A stretch of 61,978 nt of DNA, the filler included, from Sphacelaria rigidula (lineage: Eukaryota): NCBI GenBank assembly GCA_964200075.2. It is 10 parts of 10 records of this genome, joined end to end, with 100 filler letters (N's around TTAATTAATTAA, not from the genome) between each part and the next. Parts side by side here need not be neighbours in the genome. Positions count along the whole stretch, not along the records: positions 6,210 to 12,318 come from CAXNAA020022169.1; positions 12,419 to 18,526 come from CAXNAA020022170.1; positions 18,627 to 24,734 come from CAXNAA020022171.1; 7 more parts are not named here. One strand, written 5' to 3'. Shown piece after piece: positions 12,165 through 24,540 of this stretch. The translations under genes were made by a program, and so were the position numbers. Under the pieces are notes generated by a model. The model was given only the letters and a program-made list of their open reading frames with translations, made no database searches and was not told the DNA's origin. Position 1 is the first letter of the stretch. Every line of letters starts with the position of its first letter.

Positions 12165-12978
12165 GTATAGAGCTTTGAGTTACTAAAAGAAAAAACATGT
12201 TTTTCTTTCAAATATTTTTTCTCCTTTCCCTCTCATGTCTTTTTTTTACTCCACCCCCTACCCTTCACTCCCCCCCCGCCCTCCCTCTGCCCCCTTCTTA
12301 CCGCTTGCGCGCTCATACNNNNNNNNNNNNNNNNNNNNNNNNNNNNNNNNNNNNNNNNNNNNTTAATTAATTAANNNNNNNNNNNNNNNNNNNNNNNNNN
12401 NNNNNNNNNNNNNNNNNNTTTGTGTTTTGGTTTGTTTTTTTTTTTTTTGTTGTGGGTGTGGTGGGGGGGTTGGTGTGTGGGATGTTTGTTGTTTGGCTAA
12501 CGTAGAGAGAATCACGCGTAACAATCAACTAGCGGAACAGACTGTATACACTCCAAGTTCAGGTTTACTATTGTGACAGACTCGCTCACCGAACTCGAAG
12601 TAACTTTTTCCCTGCGGCGAAAACTTGCATATGGGAGTTTGTACTATTTTTCACGAGTTCCAAAAAGGCGAACATTCCAGCAGAGCGCAACTCTTTTTGT
12701 AGCAACAATTCCTTTTTTCGGGAGTTTCTGCTTTCCCTGCATTGGATACGTGAGCACATGAACAGCGGGAAAACATTCCGCCAAGAATTCGACGATGTGT
12801 GGGAAGGAGCGCTGATCCCATCCACGAGGCCAAAATGCCATGCATGCACCCGTGGAGAGACGGGATAATACGTCACGGCCACGTGCACACTCGTCCAAAA
12901 AAAGGGCAGGGGTTAAAATAACAGTACGACGAGACGACAAGGGAGGTACACGCCGAGAGACACACCAGATACACTCAC

Positions 12979-13131
12979 AGAGTCGAACTCGTGCTCCATG
13001 TGCGCATGAATAGCCATGAGCCTCTCAGCACGCTTAGCCTTCTTGGTATCCTCGTCACTCATCTCCTCATCGGCCACAACTGTCCCGTCTATCACCCGCT
13101 TGTCGAACGCATCGTCTCTTTTGTTGTAAAC
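12979..13131 (-). CDS. L-type lectin, exon c (stalk or coiled region)
   Basis: cag|GTT...TCT|gtgagt; 51 codons VYNKRDDAFDKRVIDG...MAIHAHMEHEFDS; phase 0 with exon b. Confidence 0.75.
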
Positions 13132-14204
13132 CTGGACTCCCCGCGATGGGTTTTTTTTTTCCCGAAAAACAAAAAAACAAAACGGACATCACACAAGAAA
13201 TCTAACAACGGATGCATGGTTGATTGATCGCTTGGTTGTCGCACATCAACTGACTTCCCAGGGATCCAGCGGTCGTCACGAGAGACGCATTCAACGTGCA
13301 GAAAACCGAAATACTCGCTGAAGGAAGCGATGGAACAAGATATATGGAATACGGAACAAGAAGTATGTAATACGGAACAAGAAATGGGACAAATGGGACA
13401 AAATCGAGAACGGAACATTTCCACGATACGTACGGCACATGTGTATGTGAGCACGTGAAAAATCAGATTAGCGCCGGTCGCCCGCGCAATAATTCCTGGT
13501 GCGTTTGTGTGTGTGTTTGCGCTTTCAAAACAGTCTAGGCGAGGCAGCTCAGAGCTGAAGCAGCTGAAAGCATTAGCGAAAGCAAAAAACGCTCATCACA
13601 CTGTATATCCAAGTCTCCCAAGGGCGTTACCCCGCGCACGTGTTTCGATTGGCCCGGCCGTGACATAGCACTATAGCGTACCAAGATTCGCACCTGCATA
13701 AAATGTTGTTTTTTCTCTGTTGTGTATCCTCTCAGATTTGTATATATATATATATATATGAAAAATCAACGATAGCTCTTGAGCATCCATCCTGGGCCAG
13801 CACATCAGCTGGACGTGCGACGCTTCAAATATCTTGCTCCGCGGAAAAATTGGGATCTTTACCGCAGGAGCACCCGTATGCCAATAACCCAATACGTCAA
13901 AGTGATGCATTTACAAACATGGACTCGACCGGACTCCTTCGCCCGCCCAAAACGGCCGACAACTCTTTTGGTTAGACTATGAAGCATCGACCATCTCAAT
14001 TTTTTTCTCTTAGTTACAACATCCTCACGCTCACACCCAGTGCGAGTTTTCCGTCCTCTTCTATCGTCACATTCCGAACACTCTCACGTTCCAACCATGC
14101 CACTCTCCCCATCAATCTCGAGTCCTTCCACCCATCATCATCCACATGCATTGCCCGTCTCTGTACCAAGTCACAGTAACCAACAAATGCCGACTCTCTC
14201 TTGC

Positions 14205-14273
<69 letters not shown>

Positions 14274-14321
14274 TCCCCCACTCGACATGTGTCGTCCATT
14301 TATTTTAGTCTAGCCGAAAAG

Positions 14322-14675
14322 CCGGTCGGTCGCCCCGGTGTCTCAGAAGCTAAACTCGAATCTCTCTGACGGTTGGGACGCGGCCTCGAATCTGGGTGAA
14401 ATGACACAATCCGAGATTACCAACACTGGGGAGCGACCATGTCGTGGATACACCATATTCGACTTCACGGCTGACGATGGAAAGGGATTGCTGAACGCTC
14501 ATGTTGCGATTAATAATAAGGCAAGCACCACGGAAGGAAGGTGGAATACTGAGAACTAAAAATACAAAGCTAATACTTTGAATTTCCTCCTGGGTGACCT
14601 CGGCTGATGCACCCACGTATACCGAAAGGTGAAGACAAGCGTCCAGAATAGATGGGATGACAGCACACACACACG
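14322..14675 (+). mobile_element. tRNA-derived SINE family 1, diverged full-length copy
   Basis: Colinear with the 46928-47305(-) copy from the head ccggtcgccccggtg to the tail ...accgaaaggtg...gggatga; ends in (CA)n. Confidence 0.75.
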
Positions 14676-15288
14676 CATTCCGATCGGATGCGGGAGTTGA
14701 GTACACGCACAGTTCTCGCCATAACACCACGGTCGATACATCTAGGTATGACCTTTTAGCCCTGACTTCAACCCCACCATGGAGGTATACCGAGAATCCT
14801 CGGGCAAGGGATATGTTGTATAGATGCGGTGCCCAAGGCAAAGTGCGAGATAGTAGTGTTAGAATCGGTTCCTACGGCACCATTTTTGTGCAAACACGCG
14901 GGCTGCGCACCATGGGACTGTGGGCCATGTAGAGATTTGAATCTGATGACCCTACAATAAAAATCAGGTTACGTTTCAACCGTGAAAAAAAATGAAGAGA
15001 AACTCGCGACAGCTATAATACTGTCCCATCCCGAACGCTTCGTGACTCGACTTGATGTATGACCGCTCTTGTAGTGAAGATCCCAAAATAAGCTGCGGAA
15101 TCAACCATACCAAAGGAGGTCACAAACGCAACCAAGCCACGGGACACGCTCACGCATAACGCACACACTCATGTAGGAAAAGTAGTGACGGCACTGGAAA
15201 GGCGAGCCTATGCCTGTCACCACTGGTTTGAGAGATGGGGTTAATATGCGCGAAACACCACAAGACGAGTCACCAACCAACCACTTAC

Positions 15289-15438
15289 CTCCACGCTCAT
15301 GACGTCATTGTTGTTGGAAACCTCGGTGCCTGTTTGCCCCGCGATCGCCAACCCCGCTCTGGTGAGCCAGTTCGCGGGCATATCGTCCACCTTGGTAGAA
15401 ATACATTTTCGCCACACTCCAATGTTTCGGGCGTCCAC
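15289..15438 (-). CDS. L-type lectin, exon b
   Basis: aag|GTG...GAG|gtaagt; VDARNIGVWRKCISTKVDDMPANWLTRAGLAIAGQTGTEVSNNNDVMSVE aligns by eye to C..LP...GxSAxTGxLxDNHDV. Confidence 0.78.
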
Positions 15439-17753
15439 CTTCCGCCGTATGTGAAAGAAATAGAAAGAGAGAAAAAAGGGAAGATTGAGAGGGAAAGAAA
15501 GATACAGAAACTCAACAGTTGAAGCATTGAAAAATTCAGAATACAAAAATGATGGAAAACAAAATGGAACAAATTCATAATTCAAAACTTCAAGAGTTCA
15601 ATAGTTGCGAAAAGAAAAACAGCACGCGAAAACAGTTGTATAGCTCGAGTCACTCAAAAGTGTCCAATCAATCTACCAAACGATCAAGGAATCTTGCTCT
15701 ACCCTACAGCCACTGTATGTGCGGGCAAGAGGACGGAAAAATAAAAGTTACCCCCTGGGCCAGCCTAGAAGCGGATCTAAAGGTTGTAGGCCCGTTCTCA
15801 GCTCAACTTTTGAGGGTTTTGGTATGTATTTTGAACTTGGTATGGAGAATTACTGGGGCATAATTAAACAATACATTTCAGGACCTATTTAGTTTAGATT
15901 ATATCTTCTCTTCATGAGTTAAGCGCAACAATCATGATCAAAACTTGAGTAAAATATCCGTTACTCGGGAAAAAAAATCTTCACGTCCCATTTTTTTTTT
16001 TTTTTATGCCGCCCTACGAACGATTCTCCGGGCAAGATTCAAGAAGTCCGACTCTCAAAATTGAGGTGAGAACGGGCGATTCAAGAGTTTGGCTGGTCGG
16101 GATTCGCAGCAGTATGCTGCAGGCCATTTACCGGCCCAGGTCTGGTACTTGTGCTTTGAAATTTCATGGGAAAGATGCGCTGGAGCATGAGGAACCGAAA
16201 AAACGGGACGGGTCTGCTTTTTTATGAGTTGAGGACGTTTCAGTAAAGACACTTTTTCCGCGATTACGTCATTGACTCACCAACAAAGAAAACGAAGGGA
16301 TTTCTTTTTGTTTTCAATATGCCGTTGCGATTTTTCGTACTCAATTTCAAAACACGATTCCAAAAGACGACCAGAGGAACTGCGATAAGAGCCAACAACA
16401 ATATATGTCGCTCACAAGAACGCCCCTATGAAATGAAGAAAATGAAGAAAAAACTTTTCGTCCCGTCGGATATTTGTTTATTTTGCCCTACCGATTCTCC
16501 ATACCAAATTTGAAAGTCCAACTCTCAACATTAGGGCGAGAACGAGCGATTTATTGCACCTAGTGCCTCTGCTCGTAATATATTGGTTTTAGTATGGGAT
16601 GTTGCGTGCGCCATATCTCGAGATAGATGACGACTCAGGTGAAGGTGAGGGTATCGATCGTTATTCCATGCTCCAGGGAACGTACGAACCAAATATCGTC
16701 ATCATCCGCTGTATGTATCGTTCGGGGGTTTCATATAGACGTTAATATAAAACCCATCTCTGTACGGCATAGGAATTACTCGACATGGTCTTCAAACCAA
16801 AATGGCAAAGATTGGCCTAGGCTTTTGAGCAGATGGACATCTTCCCCCTTATGGAACGACTCAAAAGATATGCGGATCACGGCCTAATTTGTCGGTGCCG
16901 ATGAGAAACGGCTGTGAGAGCTTTGACCCTTTTGGAACCGTTGATGGAATAATGACGATTTACGATTGACGTTTCCTTGGGCAAGATATGGTTGATGTTT
17001 TTCTGCAACTGTTGATGATCATGCAGCCCAACAAAACGATACACCACCCCAAGTTCAAGTACACTGATGTGACGGATTCGTGCACCGAACTCGAAGTAAT
17101 TTCTTCCCGGTGACGAAAGCTCGCATATATATATATATAGGGGATTGTACTGTTTTTCGCGAGTTCCTGAAGGATGAGTTCGTTTTTTGGCTGTTCCACC
17201 TCGTTTTTTGCAAAAAGTACGATATTATACTCTCTGGCTCGGGCACTTCAATCCCATCCACACGGATACGACACAGGGGCCGGGACGGGATCCTCCCAAG
17301 AAAACAGTGAAAACGGCTGAACAATCGTTAATATGGTTTCAAAACCAACACGGAGTTGAGTATGACAATACTTGCAGACGTTGAAAACCACGCCACGTAC
17401 ATGGACGGGCTTCAATGGTGGGTCACAGTGAAACGTCTTGTCTCTTTAATTTCGTATACTTGAAAAAAAACAGAGTTTCCAGTTCATCTCTGCCGAATGC
17501 GAATGCCTGGTGCGACTCGAGTTTTCAACATCTCAAATGCGCTTGCACTAATAATCCTCATCCAACTGTTTACCGACGGACTCAAAAGGCTGCTGAACAG
17601 AAAAATGCAGGGGGGCGGTGCACTGTGCGCGCCAATGTTTTATATCCCGTGAAATACCAAGAACAAATGAGGAAAGCTTCTCCACTTGTAAAATTTAAAA
17701 TTCAAAGAAAATGTTCATAACTTCGCCATCATTGTAAAGTTCTGTCAACTCAC

Positions 17754-17922
17754 CTCAAGAGTGACTTCGCCGTCCAAGTAGCCCAGGCGGACGCGAGACG
17801 ACTTGAGGAAGTTGAAGTCATCGCGGGTCTGCCCGTAACGGATGGTGGAAGCACAGCTGTTGGCCAAGACTCGCACGTCCTTCGTCGTACGGGTGCCGTT
17901 GTTTGCGAAGAATGAAACAAAC
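17754..17922 (-). CDS. L-type lectin (VIP36/ERGIC-53/LMAN-like), exon a
   Basis: cag|G TTT...GAG|gtgagt; FVSFFANNGT...SCASTIRYGQTRDDFNFLKSSRVRLGYLDGEVTLE resembles the legume-like lectin fold of VIP36-type proteins. Confidence 0.75.
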
Positions 17923-18416
17923 CTGTGCGTGACAAAAAGCAAGAACAGAGATGGAATATACATGTATACACGGGTACTTGAAGCGTAAAGTACTACAGGG
18001 TCGAAAAGACGCGATGAAAACATCGGTGAAAAGGGTATGGCAGGGGGTGGGTGGGGAGGGAGTTCTCATTTGTTGCTTGCCTTGGTCGTTTGGTCTCTGA
18101 CCACGCATCCCTTTCGGGACGGAACACCGTTTCTACTCCTGCTACAGACACCTCCAACATTTCGGCGCTCATCGCGCTCCTTCCGTACATGACACAAAAA
18201 CCTTCTACATGTCTTGTCCCCGCCCTGTTTCGTCGTCTGTGCCCACCATTCATCTCCTGGTGTAGCCATCGTTTTCTCCCTACTGTCCGATGCATCGAAC
18301 GATTTCATGCCACCTTCGTTTACTGTTCACATTGGCCCCTCTAGCACGTTCGCGGTGCTCCGTCTCGGAAGGGATACATGGTCAATCGCCAGACGACTGA
18401 GGCAAGCAACAGAGGA

Positions 18417-18461
<45 letters not shown>

Positions 18462-18626
18462 TCCCCTTGTGCCCTCCTTTTCAACAAAAAAAAGTTTTTT
18501 TTTCTTCTTTTTTCACAAAAGCGGTTNNNNNNNNNNNNNNNNNNNNNNNNNNNNNNNNNNNNNNNNNNNNTTAATTAATTAANNNNNNNNNNNNNNNNNN
18601 NNNNNNNNNNNNNNNNNNNNNNNNNN

Positions 18627-18695
<69 letters not shown>
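18627..18695. repeat. (GAT)n microsatellite at a contig start
   Basis: direct reading. Confidence 0.97.
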
Positions 18696-18696
<1 letters not shown>

Positions 18697-18750
18697 TGTG
18701 TGTTCTCGAACCGTTTATTTTCTTTTTCCAACTTGCTGCTATTTTGCCAG

Positions 18751-18952
18751 CTTCCAACAGCGGAAGAGGCATCGACCGCAGCCCACAAGCTCCTCACCGA
18801 AGCTTCCACCACCCCCTCTGGCGTGGCACAAGCACCGTCGGGGCGACAGACACGAAAGCACGTTTGTCTACATCCTGGATGCGGCAAGGTGTTCCACTTC
18901 AAGGCCTCAGCTGATGCACACCAGACGGAACACCAGTTCCTGGAACGCCTGG
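18751..18952 (+). CDS. C2H2 zinc-finger/BAH-like protein, exon a
   Basis: cag|CTT...CTG G|gtgagt; HVCLHPGCGKVFHFKASADAHQTEH is a CX4CX12HX3H finger. Confidence 0.85.
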
Positions 18953-20395
18953 GTGAGTGGGACGAAATCGGTGCTTTACGTTTTGAGAAAGTAGCAATGA
19001 TACCCTGGAGTATGACCATTCGTTCAGCGAACGTTAAACGATCAAGTCGGATTGGAAGGGCTGGATGCGGAAAACGTACACATACTGTAAGCTCTGTGAG
19101 ATGTTCGTTGCCTGAGCTTTTGATAGAGTGTGCAGTATGCTGAAAGGGGAGTAAGGGAACCGATCCCAGCAACGTGCCTACAGCAGATCGTGATATTGGT
19201 TACAGCAAAGTCCCCTCGACCCCCCCGCCACTGCTCCAGGGGTGCACAAGCACTTACTCTTTCCCGGTATACCCGCCGGATGTTTCGTCATCCAGGATTT
19301 GGATCATGACTACTCCGGCACCCTGTCCCCCGAAGTTGATTTCTTCTCGCTACCCGCGTCGTCGCGCTTTCAACGACGGAAAACATATTATGTTCCGAAA
19401 TACTATATCTGTGATACGTGGAAATTCGAAGCGACAACCCTCTGCCTGTACTGACTATTGGTGTACCAGATAGATTGAAAATCAGGGTGCGACGGCCATC
19501 CATGGTCACAACCAGATGATTTTTTATTGGTCGCGTGATTCGTTGATTGATTACCGCACATTTATTCATCCTCGAGAAAGTGAGCGGAAGTGACAAGAGA
19601 GACGTGGGTGTACCGAAGGAAAACGAAACGAAAGCCTTGCTGAGGGAAACTCGAGAAAGCACAAGGATAGAAAGAAAGAAAAAAAGTGATGGTTGACTGA
19701 GAATCAACAAACAAAACGAATCAACATCGAGAAACCCGCCTGGGTCTCTTTTAGGGCGTAAAACGACGCAGAATCTCCAAAAAAGCAGTCCTCCAAAATT
19801 TCATCCTTGTTTGCCATGAGAAGCGGCCTGAAAATAGCAAGACGGATGTCTTTTCTCTTTCATTTTTGTCGTTGTTTTTCTTATCCATTGATGTCATAAC
19901 TTCGCACGCATCCATGCTGTCATGACGCCATTTTTTTTCTTTCAAACCCGCAAAACACACAACACACAGCACGCGCACCATCGTTTGTCTCCCGGGTGTG
20001 TATATAAAAGCAAACTAATTGATAGTATGTCCTCATCTTCCGTGAATATCAATAATACACCAAAGAAACGGGAGTGACAAACGAAGAGAGAGAAAAAAAA
20101 AAACAGCGAATCTAGTACCGCTCCCTAGGAAAGTAAAAATAATAGTGGTAGTAATAATAAACAAGAAATCAGGACGAGAGACAATAGCCGGTACCGTTCA
20201 GTGCAAGTCTCTGACAAAAAATAATGTTTTTGCCTGCAACCCCTCTTGCTGATCAGGATAACTTCAGTATAGTGCCACTCCAACCGCCGAACGATACACG
20301 TTGCCCTCTCGCCCTTTTCCGCCCTCAAAGCCGCCGCCGCTATGTCCGCTTTCGTGATACCGACTTTGCCATGCCCTGCTTTTATCCCCGGACAG

Positions 20396-20765
20396 CCACG
20401 GCAACACCGTTCACCGACCAGTTCTTGTCTACGTCATGGCCATCGCACGGCGTTCCATGGATCGCGAAGTCCCCCGTGCCGTCGTCATCTTCCGCGGCTC
20501 ATGGTCAGAAGCCATCTGCTGCCGTCAGCACCGGTGAGGTCTCTGCCCGAGCGCATTTCACGTGCGAGGTACCCCAGTGTAATCGTCGCTTCGCCTCCTC
20601 GAAGCTATTGGGCTTACATCTGCGCGTGGGACACAGCGTTTTTGATCTCGAGAGAATGGAGGAAGCACGATTGGCTGCACGGGACGGGAAATACGGTGCA
20701 GGGCCCATGATCACAGCCGATGGTTTACCCATCACTCGCTGGGTCGAAGTGGGCCGCGGCCTAAG
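20396..20765 (+). CDS. C2H2 zinc-finger/BAH-like protein, exon b
   Basis: cag|CC matches phase 1; FTCEVPQCNRRFASSKLLGLHLRVGH is a second C2H2 finger; donor AG|gtgaag chosen by phase, so the 3' end is uncertain. Confidence 0.78.
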
Positions 20766-21439
20766 GTGAAGCGAATCCATACTGCGTACTGTAGCTCTTG
20801 TGTGTACCCGCACCCGTGTGCGTGGGGTGTTTTTTTTTATTCGGTTGGGATATTGATTCATTTTCCCGCTGAACAAACAATGGAGGCCCCGGTACGACTT
20901 TATTGGGAATTCACCCGCAGCCAATGCCATGGTAAGTGGCCCCGGGCATAGTCAAAATGGCACCCCCTAAACGGCAGATCTATATGGGAGAAGCTAGCGT
21001 TGAATCTCCGTTGAATACAACGGGTATCTCCTTGAGGCTACGGTCGTTTCGACGTGGAACAAAGCGCCTCGCAACTGAAACGTTCGAAACGTTCAGAAGA
21101 TAGGGTACACCCTCGGGTATCGTGGATTTGCACTTGATACCCTGGGGACTCTGCATTCATAATGAGTAGTATCGGCAGTCGATAACATGAGTGCCCTGGA
21201 GTACCGTCGATCTCAAATGACCTGGTACTCGAGGACGTACCTTACCCTGAGCATCTCCGGAACATTCCCAACCGTTGTGATCGAGTTATTGATTGTCGTA
21301 CGTTAAGTTATCCCTCAAGGATCGAGTTGTGGTCATGATAGACGTACCCCAGACAAATGGTATCGTCGTCATATTCCCATTCTCCTCTCTTCCGGTTGGG
21401 ATTTCCCTACGCACTCTCCCCTCATCCTCTCAGAGCCAG

Positions 21440-21713
21440 ATTCGTAGGGCGATATCGACTCGTGCCGCCATTTATGCCCCCAGACGGATGCCCGACAATC
21501 GAAGCTTGCGCGCGACATGGCTGGCTCAAGGCGGAGTGTCATCGCTGCCAGCAAGTGCGGGAGAGGGCGAAGCCGACGCCGCAGGCGGCGACGACGGCGT
21601 TGATGGCACACGACGAAGCGCCTGCGTCTTTAGTGTCAACGGAAGAAACGGCGATGTTGACTTCGGCATTGGGATATCCGGTTCCACCCGTCAAGTTTTA
21701 CAGTCGGGCAATG
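21440..21713 (+). CDS. C2H2 zinc-finger/BAH-like protein, exon c
   Basis: cag|A TTC...ATG|gtgagt; FVGRYRLVPPFMPPDGCPTIEACARHGWLKAECHRC...PVPPVKFYSRAM; an alternative in-frame acceptor lies 6 nt upstream. Confidence 0.65.
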
Positions 21714-22371
21714 GTGAGTGATGTGACGACACGTGCCCAAATCCAGGAAGCAAAAGCCTCCATTTTCGTCAGGCCTCCGACGCCGAGAGTTGTCGCCGGA
21801 AAACAACAAGAGACAATGGTTGTACTGGTTGCACTGCACGTGTATTGTAGGGAGCTGGACGGTGGGGCCGGGGTGGTGCAGGATGTGTCCAAGCGTTTCC
21901 AACTCGGGTGCATGTTTGGGCAGTAAACCTTTGGAACACCCGTTCGGGTGTTCATCTACACGTTCACGAACACCCGCTTTTGGAAAACGCGGCCAACTCG
22001 GCAAGATGGGCTATAAATGCCTAAACCTCAAGTCTCAGATACGACAAAGCAAATGATCCTTGACCCATGCACCCGCTGAAATTAGATGGGCAAACACGTG
22101 TAAGATATTTTGGGGTTTTCCCCCACCAGACAAGACGACCCGGAGATATGTTTGTATTTGAACCAATACCTCTTCATGGTTGCCCCGCGGTCCACAAGTA
22201 CAAAGCTGGGCGGTGAAGTCGAGACTTGGGGGCAGATGCTGTTATTTCGGGAGATTGTGCCCCGGGTTAGGATGTATCGCGAGGATATCCAACATACGGT
22301 TGTCAAAATTCACCACGATACCTGAATGAAAAACGATGAAAAATCCGCCGGCCTTGCCACCTTGTCTGCAG

Positions 22372-22878
22372 GTCCAGGTGCGCCACTATGGCAGACCAGT
22401 TCGACTCGATCTCGACCCGTCCGAGCACCTTCGATGCGCCGTTGTAGTTTTCCCTCGCGTCGCTTCTGTCCTCGCCGCGGCGAAAACCTCCACGCTTTCG
22501 GGAACCAAGGAAGCAAAACAGCAGGGCGACGAAGCCTCGTCTGTCGTCGACTTGAGCGGCGATATACCCGTTGTCGACAATGCGAGCAGGATACAGCACG
22601 AACGTGATGGAGGTGGGTCAAGTCAGGACGGTCGCGCAGCAAGCAACGGGGGGTCCTCTCACCACCCCGAGAGTGAAGAACCCCGATCTTTACCCTCAAA
22701 ACGAGGTTGCAACATCAAGCCAAGCCGCGAGGTACCTGTGCGAGTGATTGCCGTGTTGGTAGACGGGGCAGGCAAGGGCTGGTTAGCTGCACGACGCTTA
22801 TGGTCGTTGAGGGAGGTGGGAACGGAGCCATTGGCGCTTGCTGGTTTGGCTCTCCGGGATGTGGATCTCGACCAAGAG
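22372..22878 (+). CDS. C2H2 zinc-finger/BAH-like protein, exon d
   Basis: cag|GTC; open frame containing VRVIAVLVDGAGKGWLAARRLWSLRE (BAH-like); ends at GC donor GAG|gcaagc (22878) or GT donor GAG|gtggga (22815). Confidence 0.65.
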
Positions 22879-23691
22879 GCAAGCACAAACGGTCTAACTG
22901 GGTGTTGCAGATCACGAGGTACCGACAGCTCGTTTCGAGAGCCCTTTTTCGTCCGAAGTCATCGGGACAGAGAACTTGGGTACCAAGGCACTGCTACGGC
23001 CGAAGTAATCAGTATCGCTAGACACGAGTGCCGAGGAGTCATTTGTGGCGGGTCAGTTGATATTCGACAACCAACCAAATTAGCCGTTCGATCTTCCCGC
23101 GGATTGTCAGCAGTAGCGTATCTGTATGCTGGGTACGGCCTCTAGTTGTGGCGTTTTTACGACAGGAAAGGGTATACTGGTGCAGTTTTTATCAGTGACT
23201 TTGCGGGGAAGTCATGGTGTCGCACGCCAAGTGGCAGAGTCAAAATTTGAAGCTCGGCTGCTCACGGGTATGAGGGCTAACCGGAAATCATGTCGTTTGT
23301 GGTACTCAGCATTTTGTCAAAAATCGACCAGCAAGCGAGAGCATAGACTACTGACCAGCGATGCTAGGGGGAAGTCTCAGAGTATACTGTATTTCGGTGG
23401 ATGACGGACCAATTCCTCCCACTAGTGACAGAGCCTGGAGACAGCAAAGGTGAACACTTCATTCACCGTCGAACTGGACACAAGATACCCCCCTCTTTTT
23501 TTCTGTCAGCTTTTCGTGCAAAGCACTTCACGACTGTAGCCGCGGACGTTCTCAGCATATCCTGGCGTGTGACCCACCGATCCGCCGCGCAAGGGTTCGC
23601 TGATTCTACATGTGCCACGACAAGTTCCACGGTCTAGAGCTCCATACCTCTTTTTTGTTTTTTCCGTGCTTGTTTGTCCGTTACTTGGCAG

Positions 23692-23829
23692 TTTCTTCTG
23701 GGGACGCGCGTCGAGTACTTGCCGATGTCACTCGTGACCGACACCTGCGCTGTAGTGGTAGCCCGGAAAGACGACGTGCACGCCAAGCAACGACAGGGAA
23801 ATCTTCCCAAGTTCGTCAGGTGCGTCTAG
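23692..23829 (+). CDS. C2H2 zinc-finger/BAH-like protein, exon e (possibly terminal)
   Basis: Long pyrimidine tract then cag|TTT; FLLGTRVEYLPMSLVTDTCAVVV resembles BAH E-LFL...P...I...C.V; ends at TAG 23829 or splices after 23819. Confidence 0.6.
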   Translation, partial: FLLGTRVEYLPMSLVTDTCAVVVARKDDVHAKQRQGNLPKFVRCV

Positions 23830-24312
23830 TATGTCGTTCGAAAGGCGCTGCAGCAACACTCGTGGGATCACTCCGCGCTGCACTGCACTGCAGTGCGTTC
23901 CTCATCTTTTGTAATCGGAGAGTACCTCTGAACGCCAAGCGCTTTGCAGTCGCTGCAACCCTCTGCAATTTTATGATCATGTAAACGGTGTACGAAGCAC
24001 CGCTGTGCAAAACATGTCTAGTAGGACGAAAGAAATGCCTAGAGTAACCAATAATCTGCGTGTGTTATCGCTTGGGTTTGAGAAGGGTGTGCGCATAGAT
24101 CGCCCTCGATCATTTCTGTTCCAATTGTGGGTACCACCAGCTAGAAAGGGAAATTGCCAATAGTGTCCGTCGAGGAATTCCCTTTTTTACATGTGCGACA
24201 CCATGAGATAACTCGTACGCTTCATGAACTGAAGGTTCAGGGTTCGAATCCTGGCTCCCATCAAGAAGCGAGTAAAAGTTAAGTGGGGACAAAAGCGTCG
24301 TAGAAATGGTGG

Positions 24313-24540
24313 AGGACCAGACAGCTGGGAGGTGTCTTTCAAAGTGGAGCTGACACACGTACCGGAGAATCTTCTGTGGAGATTGCTATTGGCTTGGGAA
24401 CGTAACATACGTAGAGCTAGAAGAGAGGGGACCAGATAGCTGGTAGGTGTCTTCGAAGCAGAGCTGTCAGGCATACCAGAGAATCTTCCGTGAAGATTGT
24501 TATTGGCTTGGAAACGTAACATACGTGAAACTAGAAGATA
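24313..24540. repeat. Tandem duplication, 2 x ~115 bp
   Basis: ggaccaga(c/t)agctgg...gagaatcttc...tattggcttgg(g/a)aacgtaacatacgt occurs twice. Confidence 0.85.

Noticed and set aside
1087..17922. Functional cluster of WSC, ABC transporter and lectin genes
   Set aside because: The genes are on different contigs juxtaposed only by size sorting.
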